Source of the DNA: Haplodiscus bocki
Taxonomy: Eukaryota
Assembly (NCBI GenBank): GCA_965655095.1
Contig: OZ296652.1
Span: 57,784,001 to 57,848,000, forward strand
Direction: 5' to 3'
Length of the DNA stretch: 64,000 bases
The notes beneath the pieces are model-generated. The model was given only the letters and a program-made list of their open reading frames with translations, was not told where the DNA came from and searched no databases. A program made the position numbers and the translations under genes. Shown here in pieces: positions 62,001-64,000 of this stretch (position 1 is the stretch's first letter; every line of letters starts with the position of its first letter).

Positions 62001-64000
62001 ATGGACTTGCAGCGAAAAAGCTGATTTGGAACAAGAAAAAAACTCCTAAGAAAAAGAATATGGATCATTGATTGAAACAAATATCAGCAGTGTCTCAAAG
62101 CAACGTAACGCAGCAACAGATCCCCAAGCAACAAAACCCGATAAACAATTTTGTTGCCCTACACGACAGTAACGTTATGACGACATAAACGTTATGAACA
62201 GTGTGGTAAATGTGTGGCAGAAGTATCCGGGACACAGATTGAAGGTCTGAGGTGTCACTAGAATATCTTCTGCCTTCGATATGTTTCAAAAAACGAGTAC
62301 CGAACAAATTCACTGTGAAAGAATCTTGAAAGAGTAATGAGTTATTCAAATATGAACTTACTTGATAGTTCTCTGCTTATTGCACAACTTACAATTATGC
62401 CAATCGACAGCAAATCAGGCCGATCAAGCAAATGACGTCAATTTCCGGCCAGATGTAGACTGTGAAAGTAGTGAAGAAATGATCATATGATGCAAGTTTT
62501 CATCGCATGGGAGAGTTCTTCACGATCCTTTTCAAAAACACCTAGTCGCAAGTGAGCACAGAAGCGAAGTTGTGCTTCTAGTACATCTGCCACGACAGTG
62601 AGAAAAGGTAACGCCTAAATATTCCCTTCTGTTCCGAAACTTTCCTTTTTTACAACCTTTCAAAGAGGAACTCTCCCATTGTTGAGCAGCACTTCTACTG
62701 ATAGGATTAAATTCAGGCATTGGATGGTCGCATTCATACCAATAGTCTCTTTGGAAAATATTCAAAAGCGACAAAAGTAAAAATTCACCAAAACAAATTC
62801 AGAAGCAAGGCAAAATCAAGGGAATTCTCGAACTTTCAATTACTCTGCGAGCCATGAAGGATGAAAAAAGTCCCTTGCGTCATTTGACTTATATTATTCA
62901 ACTGAACGAGAGAAAACGCAATGATCGTGATCAGATCGATCATTTCCGAGAAAAGCTTTCTAAATACAGGTTACCATCCTCAAAAAATGGAACTGTTCCA
63001 CTGGCAGTCTTTGGTACTCCATGGCTCTTCTAGGCAGCGAGTATATTCACGGCTCGATACACGGAAATTAAACAAGAATTTCTTCAAAACATTCTTGCTA
63101 AATGACGCTATTGAAAACATCGTTGAGTTTCTAGCCAGAATGGAAATGTTTTTCGTTTGAAAACTCTAGAAAAAATCTCACTCATACACCGTCTGGTCTC
63201 TACGCGGCGTGAATTTGAAATACCTTGAAACTACCGCCGGCCAGACGATGTCCTATCAATAGATTCAAGAAAACACTTTTGAAGACCGAAAAACCTAGAC
63301 GAAGGACGCCACCGGAACGTTTTTAAATTTTAATCCCAAAAATAAGTTGACAACAAAAGAAGGAACTAACTTCCTCTGGTACTAACCAAATGGTTCAGGA
63401 AGCGTTTAGTTGAAGTATCTCTGGATGAATGCAGGACGACCACTAGTGAAGGAGAAAGTTTTAACTAACAACACAAAAGGAAACATACTGGATTCTTGAA
63501 AAACAGGTGGATACTTATCGTCATACACTACGATACCCAGCCAAGCGGCTTCTAACCAGAACCTCCGAGTAACGACTGGAGGAAGTAGTTATAGATGGAC
63601 CCAATGTAAACAACGGATTTGAAGGAAATCTCCCTTGAAAAACGACGCCATCTCCTAGGAGTTGTTTTCGACATGAAAGTTCGACATACCTAATCTCGAC
63701 TCGTTGTCAAAAATCCAAGGATTTGTTGGGTAAGATTATTCGGAACAAAGTGGCGAAACCCACCATTTCAACTTCTCGGCAGAACCAGGTACTGGGTAAT
63801 TGGGAAGTCCCTGGAAGGACGCAACTCAAACACCAGTCAGCAGAAATCAAAGATACTAAAAATATTTGAAAAGATGATCGTAGAAATCATTGCCACCCTT
63901 AAAAACCTTACATCAGCTGTCAATCGAAAAATTGTTAGAAGTCACACGTTTGTCACTCAAATAAGTACCCACCACCCTCATACTCAAACAATCGTTCTGT

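Overview
Eukaryotic (animal) genomic DNA, with spliced exons and no prokaryotic features. Four blocks: (1) 1-~20,685, a ~1.70-kb macrosatellite (12 full units plus a partial unit running off the left edge) whose unit is built from a decayed protein-coding gene; (2) ~21.3-25.5 kb, a decayed Gypsy-type LTR retrotransposon and other relics; (3) the 3' half of an Abl-family tyrosine kinase gene on the minus strand (exons 34630-34995, 29588-29911, 27073-29018), whose upstream exons I could not find in the window; (4) the highlight, a 17,445-bp, very AT-rich Polinton/Maverick-like element (37320-54764). This element has AGTAGT...ACTACT termini and a 6-bp CACGTG flanking duplication, and it is one giant palindrome. 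Its two ~8.5-8.8-kb inverted arms each carry a protein-primed family-B DNA polymerase and six small genes, with no recognisable integrase, packaging ATPase, protease or capsid gene. The arms meet at a structured centre (30/31-bp repeat arrays, an AT-rich inverted repeat and 2 x 73-bp units) that looks like a dedicated hairpin terminus. The best working model (inference) is an integrated, unfolded copy of a helper-dependent replicon with one protein-primed end and one hairpin end. The remaining 54.8-64 kb is decayed coding-like DNA that includes a probable distant homolog of the macrosatellite gene.
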